Shown: in pieces, positions 9,260-18,000 of the stretch
Numbering within the stretch: position 1 is the stretch's first letter
Layout: the number at the start of each line of letters is the position of its first letter
Source: an uncultured Verrucomicrobiales bacterium
GTDB taxonomy: Bacteria; Verrucomicrobiota; Verrucomicrobiia; Verrucomicrobiales; Akkermansiaceae
DNA length: 64,000 bases
Reading direction: 5' to 3'
NCBI GenBank assembly: GCA_963925135.1
Contig: CAWUTG010000045.1
Location: 1,946-65,945, forward strand
Notes under the pieces: model-generated
Told to the model about the DNA's origin: nothing
The model's database searches: none
The model's input: the letters and a program-made list of their open reading frames with translations, nothing else
Position numbers and translations under genes: made by a program

Positions 9260-10329
9260 AATCCACCATACGCTATAAACTTGCATCTCTCGCTTTCGCC
9301 TTCCTGCTTGTTCAGCCAATGGCGGGACAGGAAGTCGAGGTGCCCGTCGCCCGGGATCAGGGTGGGATCGCACTCGAAGAGGATGGTGCCCCGGAGCTTA
9401 CCGAGGCCGCCGACAAAGCGATCGAGCGCGGTCTTGAATTCCTGCTTAAGACCCAAAATAAGGATGGTTCGTGGACTTCGGACACAGGAACAATTTCTAT
9501 CGGAGGAACATCCCTCGGGTTAATGGCATTCATGGTGAAGGGGCACTTTCCGGGTTTTGGTCGACACGGTGATGCCCTGAATAGGGCCAAGGACTTTCTT
9601 CTCAAGCGGGCCGGGGAATCACCCGCCGGAGCGATGGGCAGCATGTATGAGCACGGCTTGTTTACCCTCGCCATGTCAGAGTTGTGGGGGATGACGAAGG
9701 ATATCGAGGATAACAAAAAGATTCAAACGGCTTTGGAGCGTTCGGTGCAAGTGATTCTGCGTGCGCAGAGTCCGCTTGGGGGATGGCGTTATCATGCCCG
9801 TCCCGATTGCGGTCAGGACACTTCGGTTACTGCGATGGTCTTCGTCTCGCTCGCTTCGGCCCGCCAGGCCGGAATTCTCGTTCCTACCGAAACGATCGAC
9901 CGGGTCATCAACTACCTTCGTGAGCAGGCCTGGAACGAGGCGACAGGAGGCTTCGGATATCAAGGCAGCAGCGGCACTACGATCGCCTGCACTGCCGGGG
10001 GAGCCTACTCGGCACAGCTTTGCGGACAGCGCGATACCGAGTGGGTTTCAGCCTCCATTCGTTACCTCGAAAACAACCCGAAGGTTTTTAATCGCAAGGA
10101 GCTTGGTCATTTTTACTACGCGCACTACTACGCGATTCAAGCGATGGTGCAGGCGGGTGGAGAGCACTACGCGAACTGGTATCCCAAGATCCGCGACACT
10201 CTTATGGGACTACAAAAAGCCGATGGCTCCTGGAACGACGGTGAGGGAGCGCAATCTCCCCACAAGACGCCCATGGCGATCATCATCCTTGGCACCCCGC
10301 ATCGATACATCCCGGTTTATCAGAGGTAG
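9256..10329 (+). CDS. Secreted prenyltransferase/squalene-cyclase-repeat (alpha/alpha-toroid) protein
   Basis: ORF 9256-10329 with an ATGA overlap to the upstream gene. Signal peptide LASLAFAFLLVQPMAGQ. Repeated motifs KTQNKDGSWTSD, SPLGGWRYH and QKADGSWND are typical of prenyltransferase/terpene-cyclase beta-type repeats. Confidence 0.7.
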   Translation: MKSTIRYKLASLAFAFLLVQPMAGQEVEVPVARDQGGIALEEDGAPELTEAADKAIERGLEFLLKTQNKDGSWTSDTGTISIGGTSLGLMAFMVKGHFPGFGRHGDALNRAKDFLLKRAGESPAGAMGSMYEHGLFTLAMSELWGMTKDIEDNKKIQTALERSVQVILRAQSPLGGWRYHARPDCGQDTSVTAMVFVSLASARQAGILVPTETIDRVINYLREQAWNEATGGFGYQGSSGTTIACTAGGAYSAQLCGQRDTEWVSASIRYLENNPKVFNRKELGHFYYAHYYAIQAMVQAGGEHYANWYPKIRDTLMGLQKADGSWNDGEGAQSPHKTPMAIIILGTPHRYIPVYQR

Positions 10330-10375
10330 AAGATTACCCCTGACAGCAGACCATTGAAAAACTAGACTGAAAAGA

Positions 10376-12271
10376 ATGATGAGATCACGAACTTCGATCG
10401 CTCTGATGGGCATGCGCTGGGCAGCCCTGCTGGGTCTTTGCCAGATTGCCGGGGCGGCCAACAATCCGGAAGTGGCGCTGATCGCCCGGGGCGAAGAGCT
10501 ATTGACCAAATTCAGCGGGATGCTGGATGCGTTGGGTAAGGATGTTTCGGCCTCCTTACCAGTGATCGACCAGCAGAAGCAGACGGCCTTTCTTGAGGCC
10601 CGTGCTGCCCTTGCGGGTTTCGAAACTCCCGATGACTTTCCTGACGCGGTTACCAAGACGAAGCACGATGAGGCGAGAGCTCAATTGGAGTCGGACATCT
10701 TGTTTACGGCGAGAACGATCCTCAAAAATGCGGCCGGCGTTCTCGGCAGCGAGACCCTGGATTCCAAGTTGATGAAGGCGGCAATTCTCAGGAATGCCAC
10801 TCCCCGTGGATTGGCTGAGTTTGCACAACAGGGCGCTGCGGAAGAGGCTTTGTTAGAGAAGCTCTTTGCCGATGAAGTTTTGATGAAGCAGATCCTCGTG
10901 GCAGGGGGTGTCAACGGTGGCGAATACGGCGAGGCGATGCAGGTTTACTCTGCAATTTTAGAAAAGAGTGAACGGGCCCGCGAGGTGGGAAGCATTTTTC
11001 AACGTCTGGCACTCGGGACCGCGATCCACATGCCCTGGTTGATTGGTAAGGAGAAGGGCGGGGTTCATCATATTGTGTATCGAACCCAGACCACGGTTGA
11101 TCAGGTGGAGCGCTATTTGCACTATGAAAAAGCCTTCCTCGATGGGGAACTCGATCCTGCTTTCAAGGAAATGACGACCTGGGAGTGCCGTTTTATCACG
11201 GACGATCCCTATAGTAACGAGGACCTGGCGTGGACCCGTAAAATGATGCGGACTTATCGTCCTGATCATATTACCAATCCCGACTATAAATGGCGCTATG
11301 TGCGCATCGTGAAGAGCGATGTTCCCTACGTAAGCCCAACTTCGGATCCAGCTCTGGGAACTCCCGCACAACAGCATATCGCGCTGGGTGGGATTTGTGG
11401 AAGGCGTGCTTTTTACGGTCGCTTGGCGACCCGCGCTTTTGGGATTCCGTCACGAGCTTCCACGCAAACCGGGCACGGCGCCATGAGTCACTGGACGCCC
11501 GATGGATGGGTTGTCTGTTTGGGTGCCTGGTGGTCGTTGGCTTGGTGCGGGCCGCAGGGCGGGCTTGATTTTTTGCTGGATTCGCAGGCTCGCGAGTATC
11601 CCGAAAATTATTTAAAAGTATTGCGGGCCCAGTGGATCGGCGATGCGCTTGGCGAGGATGACGTGGACATCCGGACCTACGGAAAAGGAGGTGGGTTCTG
11701 GGACGGTTTGGCTTTTTATCAGAAGGAAGCCATCGTGAAGGAAGCCGAGATTGAGGCCCTCGAATTGGCCGGTGGAATGAAACTGGGCGAGTCCGACGAT
11801 TTGCTCGGTGATGAGAAGGGGGAGGAGATCGAAATTCCTGAAGAGGATCGAGCGATTGTTGTTGGTAAAGATGGCACAATCAAAATACCCGCAGCGGCTT
11901 GTGATCGGCCTGCGAACAGCACCGATAAAGTGGCCTTCATGAAGAGTTGGGGAGGTGGTACGCAGATCCACTATGGCCGACTTGGCGAGCGACCCGAATT
12001 AATCCGATATACCGTGGAGGTTCCTGCGGACGGGAAATACGAACTGGTGGCACGAGTGGCGACAGTCTCGCCGAGGCAGGAGATGATCCTCCGTTTGAAT
12101 CGACGAACACTTGTCGACATTCCATTGCCCTACACCAAGGGAATGTGGGAAGAGTCCGAAGCGGTGACCATCGATCTGAAGGAGGGGCGAAACACGCTCA
12201 TTTTCACGTGCCGGGCCCCGAACCGCGGAGTCACAATGAAGGAACTTCAACTTTCTCCCGTGAAGCGATGA
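10376..12271 (+). CDS. Secreted protein with transglutaminase-like Cys-His-Asp core and C-terminal CBM-like beta-sandwich
   Basis: ORF 10376-12271 with a signal peptide (MRWAALLGLCQIAGAANN). Core GGICGRRAFYGRLATRAFGIPSR...GHGAMSHWTPDGW resembles transglutaminase-core proteins. C-terminal KYELVARVATVSPRQEMILRLNRRTL...LKEGRNTLIFTC looks like CBM6/35. Confidence 0.65.
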   Translation: MMRSRTSIALMGMRWAALLGLCQIAGAANNPEVALIARGEELLTKFSGMLDALGKDVSASLPVIDQQKQTAFLEARAALAGFETPDDFPDAVTKTKHDEARAQLESDILFTARTILKNAAGVLGSETLDSKLMKAAILRNATPRGLAEFAQQGAAEEALLEKLFADEVLMKQILVAGGVNGGEYGEAMQVYSAILEKSERAREVGSIFQRLALGTAIHMPWLIGKEKGGVHHIVYRTQTTVDQVERYLHYEKAFLDGELDPAFKEMTTWECRFITDDPYSNEDLAWTRKMMRTYRPDHITNPDYKWRYVRIVKSDVPYVSPTSDPALGTPAQQHIALGGICGRRAFYGRLATRAFGIPSRASTQTGHGAMSHWTPDGWVVCLGAWWSLAWCGPQGGLDFLLDSQAREYPENYLKVLRAQWIGDALGEDDVDIRTYGKGGGFWDGLAFYQKEAIVKEAEIEALELAGGMKLGESDDLLGDEKGEEIEIPEEDRAIVVGKDGTIKIPAAACDRPANSTDKVAFMKSWGGGTQIHYGRLGERPELIRYTVEVPADGKYELVARVATVSPRQEMILRLNRRTLVDIPLPYTKGMWEESEAVTIDLKEGRNTLIFTCRAPNRGVTMKELQLSPVKR

Positions 12272-14963
12272 TGATTTTTTCGATGCAAAACAAGATCTTG
12301 AAAATGCGGACCCACCAAAGGTCCCTTCGATTACTTCTCGTCGCTCTGCTGATGTGTGTCGGCACGGTGCTGGCCCAACATGAAGGTCCTCCCATCCCGC
12401 AGGCGAAAATTGACGAACTTGGGACCGCCCTGACCGCGGATAAAGATGAATCGTCCGAGGCCCGAAAGCGGCTGTCGGTGAAGCGGATGATCCGCGCCGG
12501 AAGTGAGCTGCTCGAGGCCAATGTCAGCGCGCCCAATCGTTTTGAAATTCTCGGCCTTCTTTTTAAAGCACAGCAGCAACTGTTCGGGATGGACGATTCT
12601 TCGCGAAATCGTGAGGCTCTCCTTGAGATCTGCCGGGAGTTGGTGAAGGCTCCGGATTTGTATGCCGACCTTCGACTCGATGCCGATCTCCTGTTGACAC
12701 AGACCGAGTTGGCCCGGGAGGGGGGGGGAAGGAGGCACGTTTGGCTGCCCTTAAGCCCATGGTCGCCCGCTATCGTAACACGCCCTCGGAGTCGAAGATG
12801 CTCCGTGTTGCCATGGTCATGGCTCTTGAACTCGGGGATCCCCGTTTGATCCAGAGTCTTCGCGATCAGATTTCGGAGCGCTTTGCGGGAGATCTTGAAA
12901 TGATCAACTTCCAGCGCGACAAGCTGGGTGGTCAGGTTTTTGGAGCCCCGTTTTGTGGCATCTTCAAACGCAGTGACGGAGGGATGATGCAGTTGCCGGG
13001 CGATGCGCTGGGCAAGACCACGGTGCTCTACTTTTGGTCGAAGAAAGATCCTGCCGTTGATCACGTCGAACGGCTGGCCGCGGAATGGAAGGCTCAAAAA
13101 AATGAGATCGGTGACAGGCTCAACATCGTGAGCTTCAACGTCGACGAACTCCCGGACGCCGGTGAGAAAATTCTAAGTGATCTTGGCGTGGACTGGCCTG
13201 CTCTGCATTTGCCCGGGGGGCGCGAGAGTCTACTCTACAAGACCTTTCCTCAAAACGATCCCGCGATGATGACGCTGACCCCGACCGGGTATGCGGCGCT
13301 GGTCATGTCCGGTTCCACCCGGGTGCGTGAGGGCGATACCGGGAAGACTGATTTTGCCCGCTGGTTTCAATCGTCCTTGGCAAGGGACTGGAGCAGGGCC
13401 CGCTACACCACCCAACTCACCTCGCTTTTCGCAGGTGATTTTCTGGTCGTTGATCCCGAGGGGCCCTTCGATCCGATGCTGCCTCCGGAAGTCAAAGCGG
13501 GCATTCCGGTGTCTCCGCGAAATTCGGGTGGCCAGCAAAGAGATGTGTCCTTGGTTCCTGTCGATACCCTGAACGAGATCCAAAAATGCTTTGTGAAAGC
13601 GCCACTCCGTTATCGCATGTCGGCGGAAGAGATTCGCTCCAGCTACCAGAGAGCGGAGGATCTTTGCGCGAAGGCGATCGCGGCCTACCCGACTGCTCCT
13701 GATCTTTGGATCGTGCGTAATCGTCGCATCGTCGCCCGGTTGGGTCTTTGGAAACTCACCTCTGATCATGCTCACTACCAACGTGCGGTCGCGGAGGCGA
13801 AGGCGGCATTGGATGCCGGGATGCCGAAGGGGGTGGACGTTGTGGCCCGATTTTGCCTCGCCAAGGAAGCGCTGCACGACCCGGAGGCAATCTCCAAAAA
13901 AGTGATTAGTGATTTCGTCGAAACCATGGGTGGAGAGCATGCCTCCGGACCCGCTCTCGCGGCAGCAGCTTTGCTCGCTCTCGATGTGGCCGATCGCGGG
14001 CTGCATGAGGAATACCGGAATCTCATTCTGGCGCGCCACGTTGACCATCCCATGATGTGGACCTTCGTTTCCTTCCTGCTCGACCGCTATCATCGTTACT
14101 GGCTCTTTCGCGTTCCCTTTACCGCCGGTTGGTCATATGGACGACAGCAGCAGTGGGTTCTCTCGCAAGGGCAACCGGATGAGGTTCAACGCAGCGTACG
14201 GGCGGAACTTCAAACCTTGGATGGCAAACCCTACCGCATTCCGGAGGACAGTTCCGGCAAGTGGACCGTCGTCTTGTTTGCAAGCAACTGCGAGGACCCC
14301 AAAAAATCTCCGTTGCATGAGATGGCTGCAAGACACTTGATGCCCTATGTCGATAACCGCGGCCTCGACGATGTCCAATTAATCGTGGCAGTCATGGCTG
14401 ACGATCTTGCTCCTGTGAGTGCTTACCTGAAGGATAAACCAATCGATTGCGAGACCCTGGTCGTCCCGGCGGGCGTCGCGAATCCTCTCGTTCAGCAGCT
14501 CGGTATTCTGGATGAAGATGAGACGCCCAACGCCCTTGTTCTTCGACCTGATGGCAGCATCGCGGCTGCCCTATCAGGGTTGACCATGAGCCGGGTCAAG
14601 GGGCCGGTGATCCCGAACGTCATTGATTGGCACGATGAACAGGCCGTTAAGGCTCTCTTAGAGAGTGGTGAATTGGAGAAGGCCGGGGAACTCATCTTTA
14701 AGCTGGCTCCTCCCTATGATCCGGAAGCGGTCGATGAAAAGGGGCGCAAATTGAAGGAGCCCGTGTGCAGTATTTTCCACCTCCGCGCCCGCGCCCGGGT
14801 TTACATGGTTCTTAAGAAGTACGAGGCCGCTTTGGCCGATGCCGAGGCGGTTGTGAAAAGCCTGACCGCAACCGGTGGTTCGATGAGTATGCGCCCCAAA
14901 GATTTGGACGATGCCGAGCAGTTTTTGGAGGCTATCCACGAGAACTTGAACGAGGCAAAGTAA
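12268..14963 (+). pseudogene. Exported thioredoxin-fold/TPR protein interrupted by a frameshift in a G9 run
   Basis: Two ORFs (12268-12849 and TTG 12741-14963, in different frames) join smoothly across G9 at 12720-12728: ...LLLTQTELAREGG / GKEARLAALKPMVARYRN... One extra G, or two fewer, gives a single 898-codon frame. Signal peptide MRTHQRSLRLLLVALLMCVGTVLAQ. Two thioredoxin-fold-like blocks lack CxxC (TTVLYFWSKKDP, KWTVVLFASNCEDP). Helical TPR-like C-terminus. ATG 12268 overlaps the upstream TGA (ATGA). Confidence 0.6.
12720..12728 (+). repeat. Homopolymeric G9 tract at the frameshift site
   Basis: Read directly: cccgggag-ggggggggg-aaggagg. The reading frame changes exactly here. Confidence 0.95.
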
Positions 14964-15033
14964 AGCCGTGGGTCGGCAATCATCTCTTGAACTATTCCAA
15001 GTGGCCTGGCTCCGGATTTCACCCTGACGCACC

Positions 15034-15804
15034 ATGAGAATTCCTGATATTTCATTTTTCTGCGCGTTCTTTATTTTCAGCGTCCTGACATCGCCAGCTC
15101 TATATTCTGCAGAACCCATATTCGTTGGCGAAGGCGGAAAGCACCTGTTCATTCTCTCGGGACAATCGAATATGGTGGGGCTCAAGCACGAGGAGAGTTT
15201 TGTTCCAGCGGTGATCAAGGCCTTTGGAAAAGACCGTGTGCTCGTGGTCAAGGATTCCCATAGCGGGCAATCGATTCGCAGTTGGTGTCGATCCAACCAC
15301 GAGTTTCCACCGCCAACGACTGGAAGGGTTCCGAAGGTGAGAGGGGAGCTGTATGAGAGTCTGATCAAAAAAGTGAATGCGGCGATCAAAGGGCAGGTTC
15401 TTCAGACCGTTACCTTCATTTGGATGCAGGGTGAGTCAGACCTGAACAATACAGCCTACGACGTTTACCTGTCGGAATTGCTTAAGCAGCTGCAAGGCGA
15501 CCTTTCTTTTGAGAAGATCAACGTGGTCATCGGTCGAATTAGCGATAGCGGACTCGATGTCCCAAAGCGGCTACACGGTCGCTTGAATATCCGACGGGTT
15601 CAGAGAGAGTTCGCCGAAGCTCATGCAAGGGGAGCATGGGTCGACACTGATGATTTCAATGATCGGAAGGAAGGGGACAAAGTGATTCACGATCTGCACT
15701 ACACCGCAGAGGGGTATCGCCTCCTCGGGACTCGGTTTGCCGGGAAGGCTGTGGAATTAATTGCCAATGGAGTCCCGGTCCGGGATGCTGCTGATGAAGG
15801 CTGA
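15034..15804 (+). CDS. Sialate O-acetylesterase-like (SASA/DUF303, SGNH-type) carbohydrate esterase
   Basis: ORF with signal peptide. Motifs LFILSGQSNMVGL (GQSNM), FIWMQGESD and DLHYTAEGYRLLG are characteristic of the SASA/CE6-like family. Confidence 0.8.
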   Translation: MRIPDISFFCAFFIFSVLTSPALYSAEPIFVGEGGKHLFILSGQSNMVGLKHEESFVPAVIKAFGKDRVLVVKDSHSGQSIRSWCRSNHEFPPPTTGRVPKVRGELYESLIKKVNAAIKGQVLQTVTFIWMQGESDLNNTAYDVYLSELLKQLQGDLSFEKINVVIGRISDSGLDVPKRLHGRLNIRRVQREFAEAHARGAWVDTDDFNDRKEGDKVIHDLHYTAEGYRLLGTRFAGKAVELIANGVPVRDAADEG

Positions 15805-15813
15805 TGATGAAAG

Positions 15814-15849
15814 AAAAAGGCCGGAAGGCACTATGCTCTTCCGGCTTTT
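15814..15849. terminator. Bidirectional intrinsic terminator between convergent genes
   Basis: Perfect 8-bp stem gccggaag (15820-15827) / cttccggc (15838-15845) with a 10-nt loop. It is flanked by aaaaa (15814-15818) and tttt (15846-15849). Confidence 0.6.
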
Positions 15850-15864
15850 GAAAAGTGTTAGGGA

Positions 15865-16404
15865 TTATCGGCCCGGGCCACGTTGAGGAGGTCCACCGGG
15901 GCTATCCCCTGGAGGAGGTCCATTGGGACGTTCACCACCACCGCCGCCTTGTCCAGGGCCGCCTTGGCGTCCGAGGCCGGCTTCTTCGGTGGAGAGTTTC
16001 CCGTCGTCATCGCTATCGAGTTTGCGAAGGGATTCTTCTGCGGCAGCGAGTTCTTCTTTGGAAAGGTCGCCACTCTGATCTTTGTCCAGAGCGGTCATGA
16101 GTGGGGATGCAGGTGGGCCTTTTGGCTGATCTCCTTCTTCACCTTCGGACTTTCGTTTGCTTCGGCGTCCCTTGGGAGGTTCCGGGCGGAGTTCGTCGGC
16201 GCTGAGGCTATTGTCCTTGTTCTTGTCCAATTTGAGGAGGGACTTGATCGCGCCCCTGATCTCAAACGAAGACAGTTTTTGGTCTTCGTTTTTGTCGAGG
16301 GCGGTAACGATAGGATCGGGTGGAGGACCCTGGGGTGGTCCTTGTGCGACCAGGTGGAGTGATGATCCTGTCAGCAGGATGGCGATCAGGCGTTTTGTTT
16401 TCAT
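15865..16404 (-). CDS. Secreted EF-hand calcium-binding protein
   Basis: Signal peptide MKTKRLIAILLTGSSLHLVAQ. Four EF-hand-like loops: DKNEDQKLSSFE, DKNKDNSLSADE, DKDQSGDLSKEE, DSDDDGKLSTEE. Pro/Gly-rich ends. Confidence 0.75.
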   Translation of the reverse strand: MKTKRLIAILLTGSSLHLVAQGPPQGPPPDPIVTALDKNEDQKLSSFEIRGAIKSLLKLDKNKDNSLSADELRPEPPKGRRSKRKSEGEEGDQPKGPPASPLMTALDKDQSGDLSKEELAAAEESLRKLDSDDDGKLSTEEAGLGRQGGPGQGGGGGERPNGPPPGDSPGGPPQRGPGR

Positions 16405-16515
16405 AATCTCAATCTCGTTTGGGTTAGTGATCGGATCACGGAGTGACTTTGATCATCGCTATTATGGCGAGATGAGATGAACCGGGCATGAATGGGAAAA
16501 AGAAAATGAATCCTT

Positions 16516-17832
16516 TTAACGTCGGCGCCTTGAGGGGGGATTCTGGATTTCCTTTTGAACTTCCGGAGAGAGGCCACTCGTTGTCAGCCAGACTTTTGCA
16601 GATTCCGGGTCGGTGCGGAAGTAGGCCTGGCCAGCATGGGTGAGAGAAGACGTTCGCAAGTTTGGGTCGCTGATATCCTGAGCCCAGGCAATGGCGGTTT
16701 GTGGATCCTGATAGGCATAGCCGTTGGAAAATCCGCTGATGGCAGAATCGCGTTTGGGGGACGGCGCCATGGACATGAGATATTCTCCGGCAGCAACCGG
16801 GTCCCGGTCTTCCCAGTCGCCGAAGGCTGAGTTCAGCCCTGCCTTTTGGCCTTCCCCTGCGGGAAGTTTGTCCAGCCAACTGACCGCAGTGAGCGGGTCG
16901 GCGCGAGCCCAGCGTTGGCCGATTTCTTCGACGGCCCTGACGGCATATTCTTCCGAGGCAAATTGCTCAACCCACTTGGCAGCGGCGATGGGATCCTTCC
17001 TTGCGTAGGTTCCGGCGATGCGATCCATGGCGGCTCCTTTGAGCGGACCATCGGGAAGACCTTGACTCCAGGCTGCGGCAGCTTCAGGTCCGTCCTTTCG
17101 CAGGGTTTCGGATGCGACGATGTCCATCAAGCGACCGGCGTTTTCATTTCCATCTGCTTGCAGTTTGCCCACGTATGCCGCGGCGGCATCGAGATCCCGG
17201 TCTGCCAGGCCTGAGACGATACTGGCTTCGAACTTCCCGCGTTCCTTGAGGAGATCCTCAGGAAGGTTCTCAAGCATGGCCATGGCACCTTCCGGATTGG
17301 CCGCGGCCCATCCGGTCATAAGGGATTCCAAATCCTTGCGGTCGGTGAGGAGGGCCTGCTGGAAGGCCTCCTGTCCGGCAAGTGCGCCCCAGGCGTAATT
17401 GAAGTCGCGCCATTCCTGACCACCCGCATCGAGAGAAATCAGTTGGTCACGGATCATCGAAGCGTTTTCGGGGTTCATGCCCTCGAGGAGCTTCGCGAAA
17501 GCAAGTCGGCGCTTTACGGGGTTGGGATCACGGAAGGCTTCTGTGGCGAGAGCTTCCATGCCCTGCGCGGAAAGCGATGCTCCGCCGAAAAGTTCAGCGA
17601 GGAGATTGTCCGGTTGGTTGGAGGCGGAGGTTCCTAACCGTGATGACTTGGAAGAGGTATCCGAGTTTCCCATAGAGCGCATTGACGACGCGCCGGGAGA
17701 CCGCTCACTCATGCCCTCATCGGCTTTACTGGATGAGTTGGAGTGATTGGATGGAATTTGGGAACCAAGGACCAACGCCGAAACGAAGGCGGTAGCCCAA
17801 CAGCCGTGAATCTTCAAATCGCTTATTTTCAC
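16516..17832 (-). CDS. Exported repeat protein with about 9 DPxxAxxW helical repeats
   Basis: ORF 16516-17910. The preferred start is GTG 17832 (VKISDLKIHGCWATAFVSALVLGS, signal-like), but the start is uncertain. Repeats include DPIAAAKWVEQF, DPLTAVSWLDKLP, DPQTAIAWAQDI, DPESAKVWLTTS and GPEAAAAWSQGLP. Confidence 0.6.
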   Translation of the reverse strand: MKISDLKIHGCWATAFVSALVLGSQIPSNHSNSSSKADEGMSERSPGASSMRSMGNSDTSSKSSRLGTSASNQPDNLLAELFGGASLSAQGMEALATEAFRDPNPVKRRLAFAKLLEGMNPENASMIRDQLISLDAGGQEWRDFNYAWGALAGQEAFQQALLTDRKDLESLMTGWAAANPEGAMAMLENLPEDLLKERGKFEASIVSGLADRDLDAAAAYVGKLQADGNENAGRLMDIVASETLRKDGPEAAAAWSQGLPDGPLKGAAMDRIAGTYARKDPIAAAKWVEQFASEEYAVRAVEEIGQRWARADPLTAVSWLDKLPAGEGQKAGLNSAFGDWEDRDPVAAGEYLMSMAPSPKRDSAISGFSNGYAYQDPQTAIAWAQDISDPNLRTSSLTHAGQAYFRTDPESAKVWLTTSGLSPEVQKEIQNPPSRRRR

Positions 17833-18000
17833 GGCGCCACAATAGTGCAGGAGATTTAATTCGCAATTTGAAATCTCGAGCTGGAAGTTAAGCAGGGTGT
17901 TGGATAGCAAGGAGTTCCTGCCCGGGGTGATAGGAAGCGTCGGTTCTTTGAGACGAGCGACGTGGCTAAGACACGGGGAGACTTGAATTCATTGGTGATT

